Below, piece by piece: positions 36,825-52,508 of a stretch of DNA of 64,000 nt. The stretch's first letter is position 1. The number at the start of each line of letters is the position of its first letter. Below the pieces are notes generated by a model. The model had not been told where the DNA came from. It ran no database searches and saw only the letters and a program-made list of their open reading frames with translations. A program made the position numbers and the translations under genes. The DNA comes from Balanoglossus misakiensis. Lineage: Eukaryota; Animalia; Hemichordata. The stretch lies in contig CM082592.2 in the NCBI GenBank assembly GCA_040954595.2, forward strand, positions 1,364,001-1,428,000, written 5' to 3'.

Positions 36825-39626
36825 GTGACCTGTAGAACAGTCAGACTCCAAATTTCCTCAGTGTTAACAACTACCAATACCAATCTATGTGGAGGCCAAT
36901 ATAGTGTTATAGGAACTGTGAATGGTGAAGAGACTACTATGTTTGTGGATTCTGGTTCCCAGATAACCATCGCCCGTGCAGATTTGCCTGTCTTGCAGAA
37001 ACTTCAACTCAGTCCTGTATTGATTCAGCCAGAAGCTGTGAACGGGAGTGTTATTCATTTTGAAGGTCAAAAACGGGTCAATCTCACAGTACAGAGTGTG
37101 TCACTTGGTCCTACATGTGTATATGTAATGTCACCAGAATTCATGCGTAATGAATTTCTACTAGGAACTGATGCAATGGAACAGTTCAGTAGTATGGAAA
37201 TTGATTTTGTCAATAAGACTATAACATTTAAGGAGCAGAAACAACTAGTACCTGGTAGAAATGTGTCATCAATTACAGAACATAAAGTTCCTCAATGTTG
37301 TCGAGTTACTGTGTCAAAAAGTACTGTCATACCACAAAGACATGAGAACATTTGTAAAGTCCAAGTTACAGCTTGTCCAGGTCAGTGTGGAATTATAGAG
37401 AGTGACCCAGAACTTTATGGGCGTAAGAAAGTTGTTTGTGCTGCATCCTGTAACATCATAACTGATGATCAAACAACCTGGTTGAGACTGTGTAACCCTC
37501 ATGCAAATAAAATAAAATTGTATAGGGGGTCTCATATTGGACAATTTGAGCCAACTACTTGTACAGACGAATCTACGACTGTTGGACAAATTACCAAAAG
37601 ACATAATGCAGAATCACATCAGAAAATAGAGAAACCACCAGTAACTCTCGAATCATTGGTAGAGGACAGTAAGGTCAGCGAATCTCAAAAACAGGATGTA
37701 TTCAATCTGCTAGATCGTCATAGAGACATTTTCTCGTGGAATGGAGAGTTGGGAAGAACCAATTTGATTCAGCATAAAATTAATACCGGTGATGCTTATC
37801 CGTTGAGATCAAGATTTCATAGAACTGGGTTACAAGAGAGACATAAACTTGACACAATAATTGATATGTTGAAGAAGGACATTATAGAAGAAAGTACTAG
37901 TCCATGGGCCAGTCCAGTCATTTTAGTACCTAAGAAAGATGGTTCAATCAGATGTTGTGTTGATTTTCGTCGACTCAATTCTGTCTCAAAAGACGATGCT
38001 TATCCATTACCACGAGTGGATGATGCTATTGACTGCTTGGGAGGGAGTAAATGGTATAGTGTTTTAGACTGTGCATCAGGTTACTGGCAAGTTGGTATGG
38101 ACGCAGACTCTAAAGAGAAGACAGCATTTATAACATACCGAGGCTTCCATCAGTTCAAAGTAATGCCGTTTGGGCTTAAAGGTGCTCCAGCAACGTTTCA
38201 ACGTTTAATGACTTCCATTTTCAGTAAAGAAATGTGGCATATACTTCTAATATATCTGGATGACATATTGATAGTTTTGTCAACAGTGAATGAACATTTA
38301 GAACGTTTATCTTTGGTCTTTTCAAAGATACGTGAAGCTGGTTTAAAGTTACAACCTAAGAAGTGTCACTTTCTGCAGACAGAAATTGAGTACTTAGGCC
38401 AACACATTACACATGATGGAATTTCACCCACTGCCAGAATTGTAAATGCTGTGAAGCAGTTTCCTAAGCCTTCCTCGGTAACAGAGGTGAAGAGATTTTG
38501 GGGACTAGCCTCATATTATAGAAGATTTATCAGAGACTTTTCAGCCATAGCAGCTCCATTGCATCAACTCACTGTCAAAGGAGAAACATCCACGTGGACC
38601 AAATACTGTGATCAAGCATTTGATGAATTGAAGACAAAACTTTCATCTGCACCTGTGTTAGCATTTCCTAACTTTAAAGTACACTTCACCTTAATTACGG
38701 ACGCTAGTGGAGTGGGTGTTGGTGCAGTATTAGAGCAAACAGTGAATGGAGTAACTCGTCCTATTGCATTTGCTAGTATGACACTTAATAAATCACAGAG
38801 GAACTATTCAGCAACTGACCGTGAATGTTATGCAGTAGTGTGGGCAATAGATAAATTTCGTAGTTACTTGTATGGTACTAAATTCTATGTTATGACAGAT
38901 CATTAAGCATTGACTTTCTTAAATCACTAAAAGAACCAAGAGGAAGACTAGCAAGGTGGCAGTCTGAACTACAAGCATATGACAACAAAATAGTATACCG
39001 TCCAGGTAAAACTATACCACATGCTGATGCATTATCTAGAGTATCATTAGTGGTTGCTACAACTATTCAGGGTAAATGGTCTTATGATGAATTGAAAGAA
39101 CTACAGAAGGCTGATCCTGTCATAATTAGAGTGTATAATTTAGTAAGATTGGATATGACTTTTTCATCAGAGGAGGGGAAGAAGGTCAGACAGTTAATGA
39201 CAAAAGCTAAATGTCTCCATATTGATCCTGACACTGATCTACTATGTTGTAGGTATAGAGTGGGTCATACACAGTATGTACAAGTGGTTTTCCCTGATTC
39301 ACATGCAGCTGAAGTGTTACAGTTGGTACATGACCATGAAGGCCATCTTGGGATCACACGAACTTTGACAAGACTTAAAAAGTCATTCTATTGGCCTGAG
39401 ATGAAAGTTAGAGTACAAGAATGGTGTAAGAGTTGTATTCAGTGTAGTCGCAACAAATTCAGACTGAGAGGCAAGGCTCCATTACAACGCATGACTGAAC
39501 CATCACATCCATTTCAGTGGGTGAGTACCGATATAATGGGTCCATTTCCGGTGACCAAACACGGAAATCGTTATATCCTGACAATAAATGATGGTTTCAG
39601 TAAATTTGTTGTGGGTAAGGCTATCC
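36825..39626 (+). pseudogene. Gypsy pol: protease, RT, RNase H, integrase N-terminal part
   Basis: VDSGS, SPWASPVILVPKKDGS.R.CVDFRRLN, YLDD, TDASGVG, HDHEGHLG...CIQC, DIMGPFP. Stop at 38904-38906, truncated in the integrase core. Confidence 0.95.
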
Positions 39627-40499
39627 CTAGGCTATCATTGCATTCAAGTTGTGCGGTCCAGCGGCTGTACCGTCGGCACACACGCACAGTACAAGTACTT
39701 GAAGTAGCCGTACAAACGTAAATTTCATGCCCTCCTAAGCATATCATCAGTCAACTGAAAACTCTGTGGAGTGAATGTGAACTGAATCATCGTCAAAAAT
39801 GTATGTTTCTAAACTAGTGACCTCGTCAGCAAGTGGTATAGTTGTAGGGTTTTTTGACGTTTTTAGGAATGATCTATGGTGCGACCTGGCCCTGTGTACA
39901 GGTCTGTGTGTGTTCGCGCCGTTACACGGCCTCCACCACAGCCCTGCAAGGCTCCATATACAACTATAAATAGCTTTCAGTATGTTCTTTGATGTTTTCC
40001 TGTTGCAAGTAAAGTTTTTTCCAAAGGATAAAGAGCATGATGACAACCCAAATATTCATATAAGTGGACATAATTCATAATGCTGTATTCCTATTGCAAC
40101 ATCGACGCCCATGCAGGCTAAGCATTCTGTACAACAGAGCTATGAAGGAGCAGTCAGGTGGGATATGATAGACATTTCTAACATATTTTTCTTTCGTTTT
40201 ATATGATTGTCAAATGTAATACAGGTACTTCATGGCTACAATGTACATTTGTGAAATACTTGTTTTATAAGTAGTGTTTATTCATGAGATGCATTATCAT
40301 TGTTTCATGGGTGTAGCTTACTCAGACACATTATCTTTCTAGCAAATAATAATATGTTTGTTTATTTCAAATGTCAGGGCCTCAGCCCATCACATAAAGA
40401 CACTATGTTTACAGAGAGAAATATTACATGGATTTAAACTATAAGCCAGCGTATCAATTCTACTGTGTTTGCTGCTGTACAAAGTAATCCCGCTTCTTA

Positions 40500-43400
40500 A
40501 AAGACTTATGAACGAAAACTGCAAGTGTATATTGAAGTTACTGAGTTTTAGAATTTAACAAAATAAAACATTTTTCCCGTGTAGGGTTAATACGGAATTT
40601 TAGAGGAATAAGCTTTGACCTCTCCTCCTCATACAATGGACAAAATAGCAAAAAATGACACTCATCCTCAACAATTGCTATACCTTGCTTTTCACAGTAA
40701 GGACATATTCTCTGATACAAGGGAATAGATGGCGTACAGTGCCGTCCTTTTTCAGTGGCTAACTTATGACTTGAGCAGCGAAGACGTGCCAGGTCAAATT
40801 TAAATTTTGTAATTTTAATACATGACAAGTATAATTCAGGTTCAAGCATGGATTTATATTGAGCATACTGACGCAATCTATGGGAATCATTAATTGAAGC
40901 TGACCATTCCTGTCTGCAACAATCACGTAATCGTTCATAGAACATTTTCAAAAACATATCTGGCTCCCCCACCTGTTGCTCAAACCAAACAACACCAAAT
41001 CCATACTTGAACAATAATTCTCGTACCTTTGTCGCCCATGTAACTCTCCCAGCGGAGTCTAATTTTCTTAACATTTCGTAACAGGCTTTTGGGTATCGAG
41101 AATTTTCCATCTCTAATAGTTTAAGCCAGTATGAAATACAACGCTTCATGTATGTGCAGGAGAGTGGCAACCTTCCACATTACCCGAGCAGAACTTCATG
41201 GTTTACACTGGAGTTAACACATAAAAGAAATCTACAGAACTTAAATTGTACCCTTTCAATTACAAGTGAATACTCGTATCCCCAAATTTCTGCTCCATAA
41301 CAAAGTATTGGAGCTACAGTTGTATCAAAAAGCTTGAAAGCCTGATTTTGAGGAAAACCATCCAGTTTCCTTATAACAATTTGTATTTGGTACAGAGCTT
41401 TGTTTGCTTTTGCCACCAAATTATCCTTGGCCGGTGACCAGGATAACCTTGAAGAGAAAATAATACCAAGATAATTGTAATGTTTAACAACGTCTACAGG
41501 TTCGTGATTATAGATCCACTTTTCGAACCGTTTTAAAATTCCCCCATTTCGGAAGACAATTATTTTTGATTTGTCTAAATTTACTGACATACTCCAGTCA
41601 TTACAAAATGCTTCAAGCTGATTAAGTTTTCTTTGCAGTTTTATGGGCAAGTCTGCTACATCTGCCATGTCATCAGCATACATCAGAATACCAATATTGT
41701 TATAATCAGTATTAACAAAAATGCCTCCATTATCATGTCTATTCATATAGGATGCAAGTTCATTTATAAAAATACTAAACAGAATCGGACTAAGCATACA
41801 CCCTTGACGTGTACCAACTTTACATTCAAAGCTATCAGTTAAGCCGCCATTGCATAAAACGCAAGAATGAATGTTTTCATACATGGATCTTAACACTTTC
41901 AAAACTCTCCCATGCAATCCGTAGGACATCAACCTATGCCATAAATATTTAACTCGATCAAATGCTTTGGACTTACTCGATCAAATGCTTTGGAAAAATC
42001 AATAAATATACAATACAATCTACCCTTTTTCTGTGACAAATATTTTTGTACAAGACACTGTAAAGAAAAAATGTTATCCATAGTACCATAACCTTTGCGG
42101 AAGCCGGCCTGGGCTTCAATAATTATATTGTTTTCCTTTGTCCACTTTACCAAGCGTTCATTAATAATTTTAGTAAAGATTTTACTCATAGATGAGAGAA
42201 GGGAAATCCCCCGAAAATTGTTGACGTCAGCAGTATCACCCTTTTTGTGAAGTGGGTAAATTATGCCTTGTCCCCAACAACTAGGAAATACTCCTTTGGT
42301 TAAAATAACATTAAATAGATCACAAAGACTTTGTAAAAGTACATCACTACTGATTTTAAACATTTCGTTCACAAGCCCATCTGGGAGGGGTGACTTTGAG
42401 TTCTTTAAATGACGAATACATTCAGTGACCTCTTGTACCGTTATTATTCTATTTACATCCACAGGTAAGTTAAGTCGACAAAGCTCACAATTATCATCAT
42501 GAAGTCTGACATCCATAGAAATCTTTTTATGAAATGAACTACAAATAGATTCGTTGGAAACATTCAATACATTTTTAAAATAGTCAAACCACTTCTTTGA
42601 ATCAATCTTGTTATTTGGGGAAGACACACTTCTATTCCCTCTTATTTCTTTGATTGTCTTCCAAAACTTACACTGGTCATTGGTATTTTCCAAAAGAGTA
42701 TTACACTGTTTCACTTTATAATTCTTGATATGATTTTACACAACTCCTTGAAATAGTTACGGGCTTCTACATAATTTCTAAGATCATCATCTCTATTTGA
42801 ATTACGGTATTTATTTAGACAATCAAATTTCTTATTTCTTGCGAACCAGCAGTCTCTATCCTACCACGCTTTGTTAGCAGTATTTCGATTTGAGTGACAC
42901 GTGTCACGGCTATTTACTACCATGTCAGAACCAGCTCTAGAATAAATGTCGGTCAGAACACCCGTGGCCTCATCTACATTCAACTGTTCAATATTGCGGT
43001 AAAAAACCTGGTGCATTTGATTAAACAACTCATCCTGTAGTTTATATTTAAATCCTTCAATAAGACCAGGTTTCCAGCGAAATTTATTCCAAGAGTGCAA
43101 AAACATAGTATTTTCTTGAGTTCTAGTGTCTGGTTCCGCTATCATAGCATTAGGAAAATTAAAATAACAATGAATAGGAAAATGATCAGAGACGTCTAAC
43201 GTGTCAACTACAAAGTCATTTACATATTGAAACAAAGGTGTACTGAGTATTACATAATCAACTACACTGACCCCGTTATTAGTACAACAGGTGAAGTTTC
43301 CATCTCTGTCACCAGCAAAACGACCGTTTACCAAATGTAAATGCTGTTTATAACACATCTCTATTAATGAACGCCCAAAAGAATTTACAACTTCATCTCG

Positions 43401-43556
43401 GGATTTTCTGTGTGTTTCAAAATAATCAAGTTCATAACCATATTGATTCGTGTCTCCTTCATCTTCGATGACAAAATCAAGTAAATCTCCGACTCTCGCA
43501 TTGAAATCCCCCAATAACACAAAGTCACAGTTTTCAAATTGTACATTTATGTCAAT
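40500..43556 (-). pseudogene. LINE ORF2: APE C-terminal part, RT and C-terminal CCHC finger
   Basis: LLGDFNAR, SDHFPI, QAGFRKG, FIDFSKAFD, GTRQGCMLSP, YADD, RICPYC...EDECHFLLFC. Several stops and frameshifts. Confidence 0.92.
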
Positions 43557-44268
43557 TGTAAGGACGCCCAGTTCTTAGAGAAACTGAAATATTTAGTCTA
43601 GCGCCCTCGCGCTGTGAGTACATTAGCGCATGCGCTTTTGTTTAGAAAATACATAGAAAATTCCATGGCGCACATGTGAGGACATTTGCACAGTTAGCCT
43701 GGGGATTTTTGCCAGTTTTCTACGGAAACTTCAACCACCGCGACGCATCATCCAGTGCCAGTGTTGTATGTTTAGTCATTAAATGTTCGTGTAAAGTTCC
43801 GATCAGCGTTTTCTGTGACATCTGACAAGGAATGTTCGTCGGCGATGGTGAGCTCCAGTTAGTTAACGGCAAATTCTATAGAACCCTGTGACCTTTGATG
43901 TAAATTAGGGCGCCATTTGAGACGTCACATCGAGGTTACTACAGTAGAAAACTGTGATCGACCGGGCAGAAACTGTCACCTTCTGAGGATTGGTAGAAAG
44001 AATCTGGTAGGACAGCGATTTATTATCAGTATTTTCCTGTCTAGCAGTACATTGGTCTCGGTTCAGCCGAGGAAAACTGGCGTTCGTGGTCAAGACGCCA
44101 CTGCGCATGTCAGAAACTTCAAGGTCATTGTGTCATACTAGTACTCGACCGCGCATATCGTACGTACAGGGCGCATTGGGTATCATTCAGCACAGTGAAT
44201 TTATACAGAATAAGAAGCAAAATGGCCACCAATGATGATATAAAGGTCATGGTGGAAACAGAGAAAAA

Positions 44269-47243
44269 TTAAAGCTGCAAGCAGCATTGTCGGGCCCAAG
44301 CGCTGATCTTTAATTATATATGCACAGTATGAATGAGAAAAAACAGAATTTTCTATCGTATGTATTATCTGATGACATAACAAGGATGTGTGTAGTTTTG
44401 CTGCTGAAATAGGGTGAAGTAGGTCAAAGGTCACCAGAGGTCACGCAACATTTGGGCAAAAAATGTTGATCCCATACTGGTCCATGTCCAACAAAAAACA
44501 AAACTCTAGCTCTATTGGTTCGCCTGTAATTAGGTATGTGCATATTTAATGAGGTCAGCAGGTGTCACAGGTGACCCAAAAATGTGGCTTTAAATTATGG
44601 TCCCATCGTACCAAATGCCATGGCTGTATCTGCTCTGGATGCTGAGATATGCGAAAGTAGGTCAAAGGTCACCAGAGGTCACCCAACATTTGGGCAAAAA
44701 ATTTTGATCCCATACTGGTCCATGTCCAACAAAAACCAAACCTCTAGCTCTATTGGTTCGCCTGTAATTAGCTATGCACATAATTAATGAGGTCAGCAGA
44801 GGTCAAAGGGGTCATGAAAAGTAGCAAAATATTTTGATCACACACTAATCCACATGCATCAAAAACCAAACGTCTAGCCCTATAGGTTAGCCTGGAATTA
44901 GATATGCAGAAATAATAATGTGTGAAAAGTAGGTCAAAGGTCATGTGAAAAATCGCCAAAAATTTGTAACATATTGTAGTCATATGACGAATGATATCCA
45001 TTAAAAGAATTTGTATGCTATCAATTTTTATACTAGAAAAAGGAATTTTAATTTTTCACTGCTTTTTACAAAATCCAATATGGCCGCCATAATCTTCGAC
45101 CAATCACAATGCTCTTTGCAAACTTGATAGACATCAGTGTAGTGACCATACTCCCCGAATCTTGCGACTCAGTCATCGCCCGTTCTGGAGAAGAAGATTT
45201 TTGGAGTTTAACTATGGTTTTTCGAAAATCCAATATGGCCGCCATAATCTTCGACCAATCACAATGATCTTCGCAAACTTGATAGACATCAGTTAGGTGA
45301 CCACATACCCCAAACCTTGTGTCTCGCTTATCACCGGTTCTGGAGAAGAAGATTTTTGAAATTTAAGCTAGATTTCAGAAAATAAATTGTAGCAAAAAAA
45401 CTGCAACATTGACAGCAAAATTTCCAATTACAAAAATGATGGGTAGAAGGTAGTCTACTGGCATGCCAAATTTGAAGTCGATCTGACTTGTAGTTTCTGA
45501 GATCTGAGATTTGATTTTTTTCAGAAAATCCAATATGGCCGCCAGGTCACGTGACTAATTAAGTATTCACAAGTCACTGCACATCTACTCATTGACCTTG
45601 ACCACTGTAGCAAGTTTGAGAAGTGTACCTGCAGCGGTGTCTGAGATCTAGAGCGACAAAGAAATGACATAAGAATAAAGAAAGAATTAAAGCTGCAAGC
45701 AGCATTGTCCGGGCCCAAGCTCTATTATCTGATCTGATTATTAGTTATGCACATTATTAATGAGTAGAAACATAATGCTGTGTTTTATCCCATGAAATAT
45801 CAAGGTTATATCTAGGTTTGGTGTTGACATAGTGTTAAGTAGGTCAAAGGTCACCCAGAGGTCACCCAAAATTTGGGCAGAATATTTTGACCCATAGTGG
45901 TCCATGTCCAACAAAAACCAGATCTCTAGCCCTTTTGGTTAGCCCGGAATTAGGTATGCACATAAATAATGAGTTAAGCAGGTGTCACAGGTGACCCAAA
46001 ACTTTGGCTTTTCATTATGGCCCTATACCTCCAAACGCCAAGGCTGTATCTGCTGTGGATGTCAAGATATGCCAAAGTAGGTCAAAGGTCATCCGAGGTC
46101 ACCCAACATTTGGGCAAAATATTTTGACCCCATACTGGTCCATGTATAACCAAAACAAAATCTCTAGGTCTATTGGTTCATCTGTAATTAGGTATGTGCA
46201 TATTTAATGAGGTCAGCAGGTGTCACAGGTGACCCAAAAATGGGTCATGAAAAGTAGCAACATTTTTTGATCACACACAAATCCACATACATCAAAAACC
46301 AATCTTATAGCCCTATTGATTAGCCTGGAATTAGATATGCAGAAAATTGATGCGTCAAAAATAGGTCAAAGGTCATTGCCAAAATTACCAAAATATTTAT
46401 AGCTTATTCTTGTTATATGATGATTCATATCCATAAAAAGAATTTCTGCGCTATCAATTTTTAGGCTAGAAAGGGAATTTTTACTTTTTAATCGTTTTTC
46501 ACAAAATCCAATATGGCCGCCATAATCTTCGACCAATCACATTCCTCTTCGCAAACTTGATAGACATCTGTTGAATGACCACACACACCAAATCTTGTGA
46601 CTCGGTTATCGCCGGTTCTCGAGAAGAAGATTTTTGAAATTTTACTAGGGTTTTTCGAAAATCCAATATGGCCGCCATAATCTTCGACCAATCACAATGA
46701 TCTTCGCAAACTTGATAGACATCAGTTAGGTGACCACATACCCCAAACCCCGTGTCTCGGTTATCACCGGTTCTGGAGAAGAAGATTTTTGAAATTTAAG
46801 CCAGATTTCAGAAAAAAAATTGTAGCAAAAAAACTGCAACATTGACAGCATAATTTCCAATTACAAAAATGATTGCCAGAAGGTAGTCTACCTGCACGCC
46901 AAATTTGAAGTCGATCTGACTTGTAGTTTCTGAGATCTGAGATTTGCATTTTTTCAGAAAATCCAAGATGGCCGCCAGGTCATGTGACTAATTAAAAATT
47001 CATGGGTTCAATGCACTACTACTCATTGACCTTGACCACTGTAGCAAGTTTGAGAACTGTACCTGCAGTGGTGTCTGAGATCTAGAGCGACAAAGAAGTG
47101 AGCCAAGAATAAAGAAAGAAAAACCCCAACGAAACCAATACGGGCCCAAGCCTGGCTTGGCTTGGGCCCGTAAAGAAAGCCGGAAAGAAAAATTCCAACG
47201 AAACCAATAGGGCCCAAGCGCTTGCGTGCGCTTGGGCCCTAAT
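44269..47243 (-). mobile_element. Helentron-type non-autonomous repeat, two tandem units (44269-45686, 45687-47243)
   Basis: Ends TTAAAGCTGCAAGCAGC (hairpin) and GGGCCCAAGC...GCTTGGGCCCTAAT, internal ~170- and ~240-bp tandem blocks, inserted near the BEL gag start. Confidence 0.7.
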
Positions 47244-47322
47244 GATTTCTATACTGGTAATCCAGAAAACGCCAAGCGTGTCTCCATAAACAGACAAGCA
47301 CAAAGAGGCTGAAATAGAAAGA

Positions 47323-50300
47323 TTGAAAACTACCAGATCACACATCTATGGTAGAGTAACAGCATTGATGAATCAGATAACATCTCTGATGGAAGATAAA
47401 GTCAATGGTATTTTGGTGAAAACTAAAATGAAAGAATGTGAAGTTGCCTTTGAAAATTTCAAAGAGGCTGATGTCAAATACCATGAGTCATTGGATGAAA
47501 AAGAAAAACAACATATGTATACCAGTTGGTCATTACCACGTATGACTGGGTTTGATGAATTTCAGCATGTAGTTGACACCTGGCTATTTCGCCATGGGCT
47601 GCATGATTCCATGGCAGACACTGTGAAGCCAGAAGATAGCGTGTCCCATATTGGTAGTAAGACACCTAGATTTAAATCAGCAAGATCAAGCAGAGTGTCA
47701 TCACACGTGTCCTCACGCGGTAGTAGCATTAATAGCAAGGCATCTATAATCGCAGCCGCAGTGAAATGGGCGGAACTGATGACTCGTATGGCAGGTTTGG
47801 AGGAAAAACAGAAATTAGACGAATTGGAATTCGAAATAAACGAACAACAGTCCAAAATAACCGAACAACAATCCAAAATAAACAAACAAAAACAATTGTT
47901 GGAAATCAAAACAGAAATTGCTGAACAGAATGCAATAATCGAAGTGTATCGTCATTTTGAAAATGGTGAAGATGAAAGTAGTTTACAGGAATACAACCTA
48001 CAAAATCTCCTCAAGACACCCGCTGCATTTCGGGGACACACCAAGATGAAGAGTTCAAGTGCTAGCAACTTGGGTAGTTTCCACACATGTGATAGTCCCA
48101 ATGTTACTAAGTCTGATAGTCCTGTCGACAGCATTGTATGCAGTTCAGAAAAAAGAAAACCCGATGTAAACAAGCAGACAAAATTCAGTCCTGACCTTGG
48201 TTCGTGTACAGGTAGCAATAGCAGCCACAGTTCCTGTAGTGATCATAACCTAGCCACAGTTACTAAACTGTTGATTGAGCATAACAAGCGTGCCGCTTTA
48301 CCGCCGCAATCGATACCCGTGTTCGATGGGGACCCATTGCAGTATAAATCATTTATACGTGCCTTTCGGCATGGCATAGAATCCAACACGTGGTGAACCG
48401 AGAGAAATAGTGAGCAGTTGCATTCACATGGAAGCGAATGAAGGATACGAAAGAGCCAGAAAATTGCTTGAAACTGAGTTTGGCAATCCATACGTGACGG
48501 CCAGAGCCTACACCAAGCAAGCAGAAGATTGGCCGGAATTGAAATCCGAGGATAAGACCGCTTTGAAAGATTTCGCTCTTTTCTTGACCAAGTGTGAAAA
48601 TGCTATGAAAGGCGAATCACATCTGAGAGAGCTCAACCACTACAAGAACTTGCAAATGTTGGTATACAAACTGCCTTTCAAGTTGAGAGACCGATGGCGC
48701 AGCAGAACATACAGCATCGTACAACAACGATCAGTGCAGTTCAAAGATCTTGTGGAATTTGTCAACAGGGAAGCCAAGATAATGTCCCAATAGGTGTTTG
48801 GTAACCTCGCCGGCATTCCATCCAAGGACAAGGGAGCAAAGAACATCAAGAAAGCAACTAGTGGTACACAAAGACGCAACGCCTACACAGTCAGCACAGA
48901 GACTGTTACTCCGTGTTTGTGTTGTGCAGACAGTACACATGAAATTCAAGACTGTCAAGTGTTTGCCTCCATAGCTTACGATGACAAAAAACGGCTCATA
49001 AAAACGAAAGGGTTATGTTTTGGTTGCCTGAAAAATGGAAAACATATGGTGAAAGACTGTACAAGCAAGCTGACTTGTGAAAAATGTGGCAAGATGCATC
49101 CGACCGTGTTGCACTTCAACAAAACCAAAGACCAGTCCGGAAAACCCATGTTAACGAATGTGGGGATGATTGACGCATCATGTAGATCTGCGGGGAATGG
49201 AGAGTGTGCATATAAACCCGTGATTATTCCCGTCAAGGTCAAATGTAGATCGAGTGGTCTTAGTGTACAAACGTATGCCTTTATTGACAACGGCAGTGAC
49301 ACAGTATTCTGTACGGAAACACTTCGTCGACAACTGAACGTCGGTGGCAAGAAAACAAAGATTATGCTGAACACTATCACTGGAAGTAAATCAGCTGATA
49401 GTCGTGTTATCAAGGGTCTAGAAGTTTCAGATCTTGATGAGCATTACATCATCAAACTTCCAGCTACATAAACGCAAGAGAAAATTCCTGCTTCGAAAGA
49501 TCTCATCGTTACGCAAGATGACATTGGCAAGTATCCTTATTTGCATTTGCGTAAGGTACGCCTGCCTGAGATAGATGCGGAAATAGGCCTACTCATCGGT
49601 GGTAACGTTCCTGAAGCGTTTGAATCATGGGAAGTGATAAACAGTAATGGAGATAGACCATTTGCCGTACGTACCCGTTTAGGCTGGATCGTAAATGGAT
49701 TCCTTACGGGGGCTGGCGTGTCAGAAAATGAAACTGCCGCAACAGTCTGTAGAATACAAGTTGGACCGGCGATTGATCAGCAGTTAATCAACCTCTTCAA
49801 CCACGAGTTCAGCGAGCGCATCATAGATGACAAACCCGAAGAGTCGGTTGAAGATGGAAAGTTCATGAAGATTGCGTACGAACAAACGCATTTTGTTGAT
49901 GGTCATTATCAGGTGCCATTACCGTTTCGTGATGACGGTGTTACGATGCCAAACAACAAAGTGGCAGTAGAATACCGGCTTTCTCAGTTGGGAAAGAAAT
50001 TTAGAAACAACGATGACTATCATCAAGAAAATACTACCTTCATGGAAAGTATTATAGACAAAGGCTATGCTGAAAGGGTGCCACAGGAAGAATTGGAAGG
50101 CAATCCTGGAAAGAAATGGTATCTTCCCCATCATGGAGTATACCATCCACAGAAACAGAAAATCCGGGTAGTCTTCGACTGTGGTGCAGAATACAAGGGA
50201 ACTTCTTTGAACAAGGAGTTGATGCAAGGACCAGATCTGACCAGTTCACTTGTAGGAGTGCTTATACGTTTTCATGAAGAGCGGATAGCACTGATGTCAG

Positions 50301-52465
50301 ATATAGAGGCTATGTTCTCTCAAGTTGGCGTGTCGCAAGAAAACCGAGATTTCCAGCGTTTTCTGTGGTGGCCTAATGGTAATGTAGAGGAACCTCCTGT
50401 CGAGTACCGAATGACAGTGCACATCTTCGGGGCTACATCGTCACCCAGTTGTGGAAACTTCGCGTTGAGGAAAGCTTCAGACAATACTTCTGATCTGAGT
50501 GTCAAGAACACCATATCTAGAAACTTCTACGTTGATGACATGTTGAAGGCAGCATCAACAGTGATGGAAGGAAAGACTTTGGCTGAAGGGCTGACAGACA
50601 CCTGTAAGAAATCAGGGTTCAAGCTCACAAAGTGGATCAGCAATACGCGTCCAGTTTTGGAAGCAATACCTGAAGAACAAAGGGCGACAGAGGTGAAGAA
50701 CTTAGACTTGGAGCAAGATGACTTGCCCACGGAGCATGCACTCGGTATGCAATGGAACGTAGAATCTGATGAATTCGGATTCAGAAATCGTACTAAAGAG
50801 AAACCAGCGACCAGACGAGGAATTCTGGGAGTGGTTAGTTCATTATACGACCCACTGGGCATGGCAGCACCAGCGCTTCTGCCACCCAAGATGCTTTTGC
50901 AGCAGTTGTGTAAAGCAAAACTAGGCTGGGATGATGATATTCCTGGAAAACAACGCAAAGTGTGGGAGAATTGGTTGAGTGATCTACCGAAATTAGAAGA
51001 GTGTTTCGCAGTACCCAGATGTATAAAGCCCGAGCACTTTGGTGAAGTAGACACAGCTCAGCTACATCACTTTGCTGATGCCAGCGAAAGTGGTTATGGC
51101 GCTGTATCGTATCTTAGGTTGATCGACAAAAGCGGAAACATCCACAGCACTTTGATGATGGCCAAAGCAAGAGTGGCTCCATTGAAGCAAATATCGATTC
51201 CACGAATGGAATTAACTGCAGCTACTGTAGCAGTGAGGCTTGACAAACTTCTCAGAAAAGAGATGGATTTGCCAATCAATAAATCCGTGTTTTGGACGGA
51301 TAGCAAAACCGTGCTGCGGTACATAAACAACGAAACCACAAGATTTCATACCTTCGTGGCGAATAGACTAGTGGTGATTCGAGGAGGATCAGACCCAGCG
51401 AACTGGCGCTACATTAATACCAGCGACAACCCGGCAGATAAGTGCTCTAGAGGTCAGAAAATAGATGCTTTTCTGAAGAACGAAAGATGGATAGGTGGTC
51501 CTGATTTCTTGCGGAAGACACAAGACAAATGGCCAAGTGATAGCTACAATACACAGCTAGATCCAGAAGATCCAGAGGTGAAGAAATCTGCACTAGTGCA
51601 TAGAATAGCGTTGAGGTCGGAAGAAGAAACTGTACCCGTTGTGTTGGGAACAGTACCTGTTGTTTCGGGAGAACGACAGACGCCTGACAAAGGGGCGGAT
51701 CGATCCATGTCCGTTAATGCGGACCACTACTCCAGTTGGCATAAGCTGAAGAAAGCAGTGGCCTGGATACATAAAGTGGGTGACACATTGTTGAGATGTG
51801 CCAAGAACAAAAGTCGTCGTACAGATGGACCGCATGAAATTACAGTGGAAGACATGAATGCGGCAGAGACTGCAATCGTCAAGTTTGTACAACGCCAAGC
51901 GTTTCCCAGAGACGTTGACAGTTTGTCAGTGGATGACTATACTGATAAGAATATCATGTATGGGAGAGACAAATTCGCACTATCAGACCGTTGCTGAACG
52001 TCATAGTTAGGCAGCAACAGCTGACAGATGATAGTCTACAGACTTTCTTGTGTGAAGTGGAGCATACTATTAATAGCCGCCCGATTACAGTATCGTCGGA
52101 CGACGCTAGAGACTTGAAAGCATTGACACCCAGTATGTTGCTTACTATGAAGGGAGCAGCAACACCTCCTGGTGTGACGGAGAAACGACTTGTATGCTGT
52201 ACACAGATGGAAGAAAGTGCAGTATCTGTCAGATTTGTTCTGGAAAAGATGGACAAAGGAATACCTACCTTCTCTGCAAGAAAGGCAAAAATGGTTGAAA
52301 GTCAAGAAAAACTTACACGTTGGAGACGTGGTATTGGTGAAGGATGAGAACACCTCCAGAAATGCTTGGCCTTTGGGTGTAATCGTCAAAGTTATGCCTG
52401 ATCGGAAAGGGGTGGTGCGACGGGTATTGGTGAAGACCAGATCCAATGTTTTAGAAAGACCATAA
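47323..52465 (+). pseudogene. BEL/Pao gag-pol polyprotein
   Basis: FDGDPLQY..F, CFGCL..H...C.KC...HPTVLH, FIDNGS protease, [42 protein letters not shown]. Stops at 48394, 48791 and 49469, most of the integrase deleted near 51950. Confidence 0.95.
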
Positions 52466-52508
52466 TGATAAGTTGTGCACGTTGTTGGAAGCACAGACTT
52501 AGTGGTAT

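Noticed and set aside
47474-51898. Antisense ORFs over BEL and Gypsy coding regions
   Set aside because: Shadow frames of the sense polyproteins.
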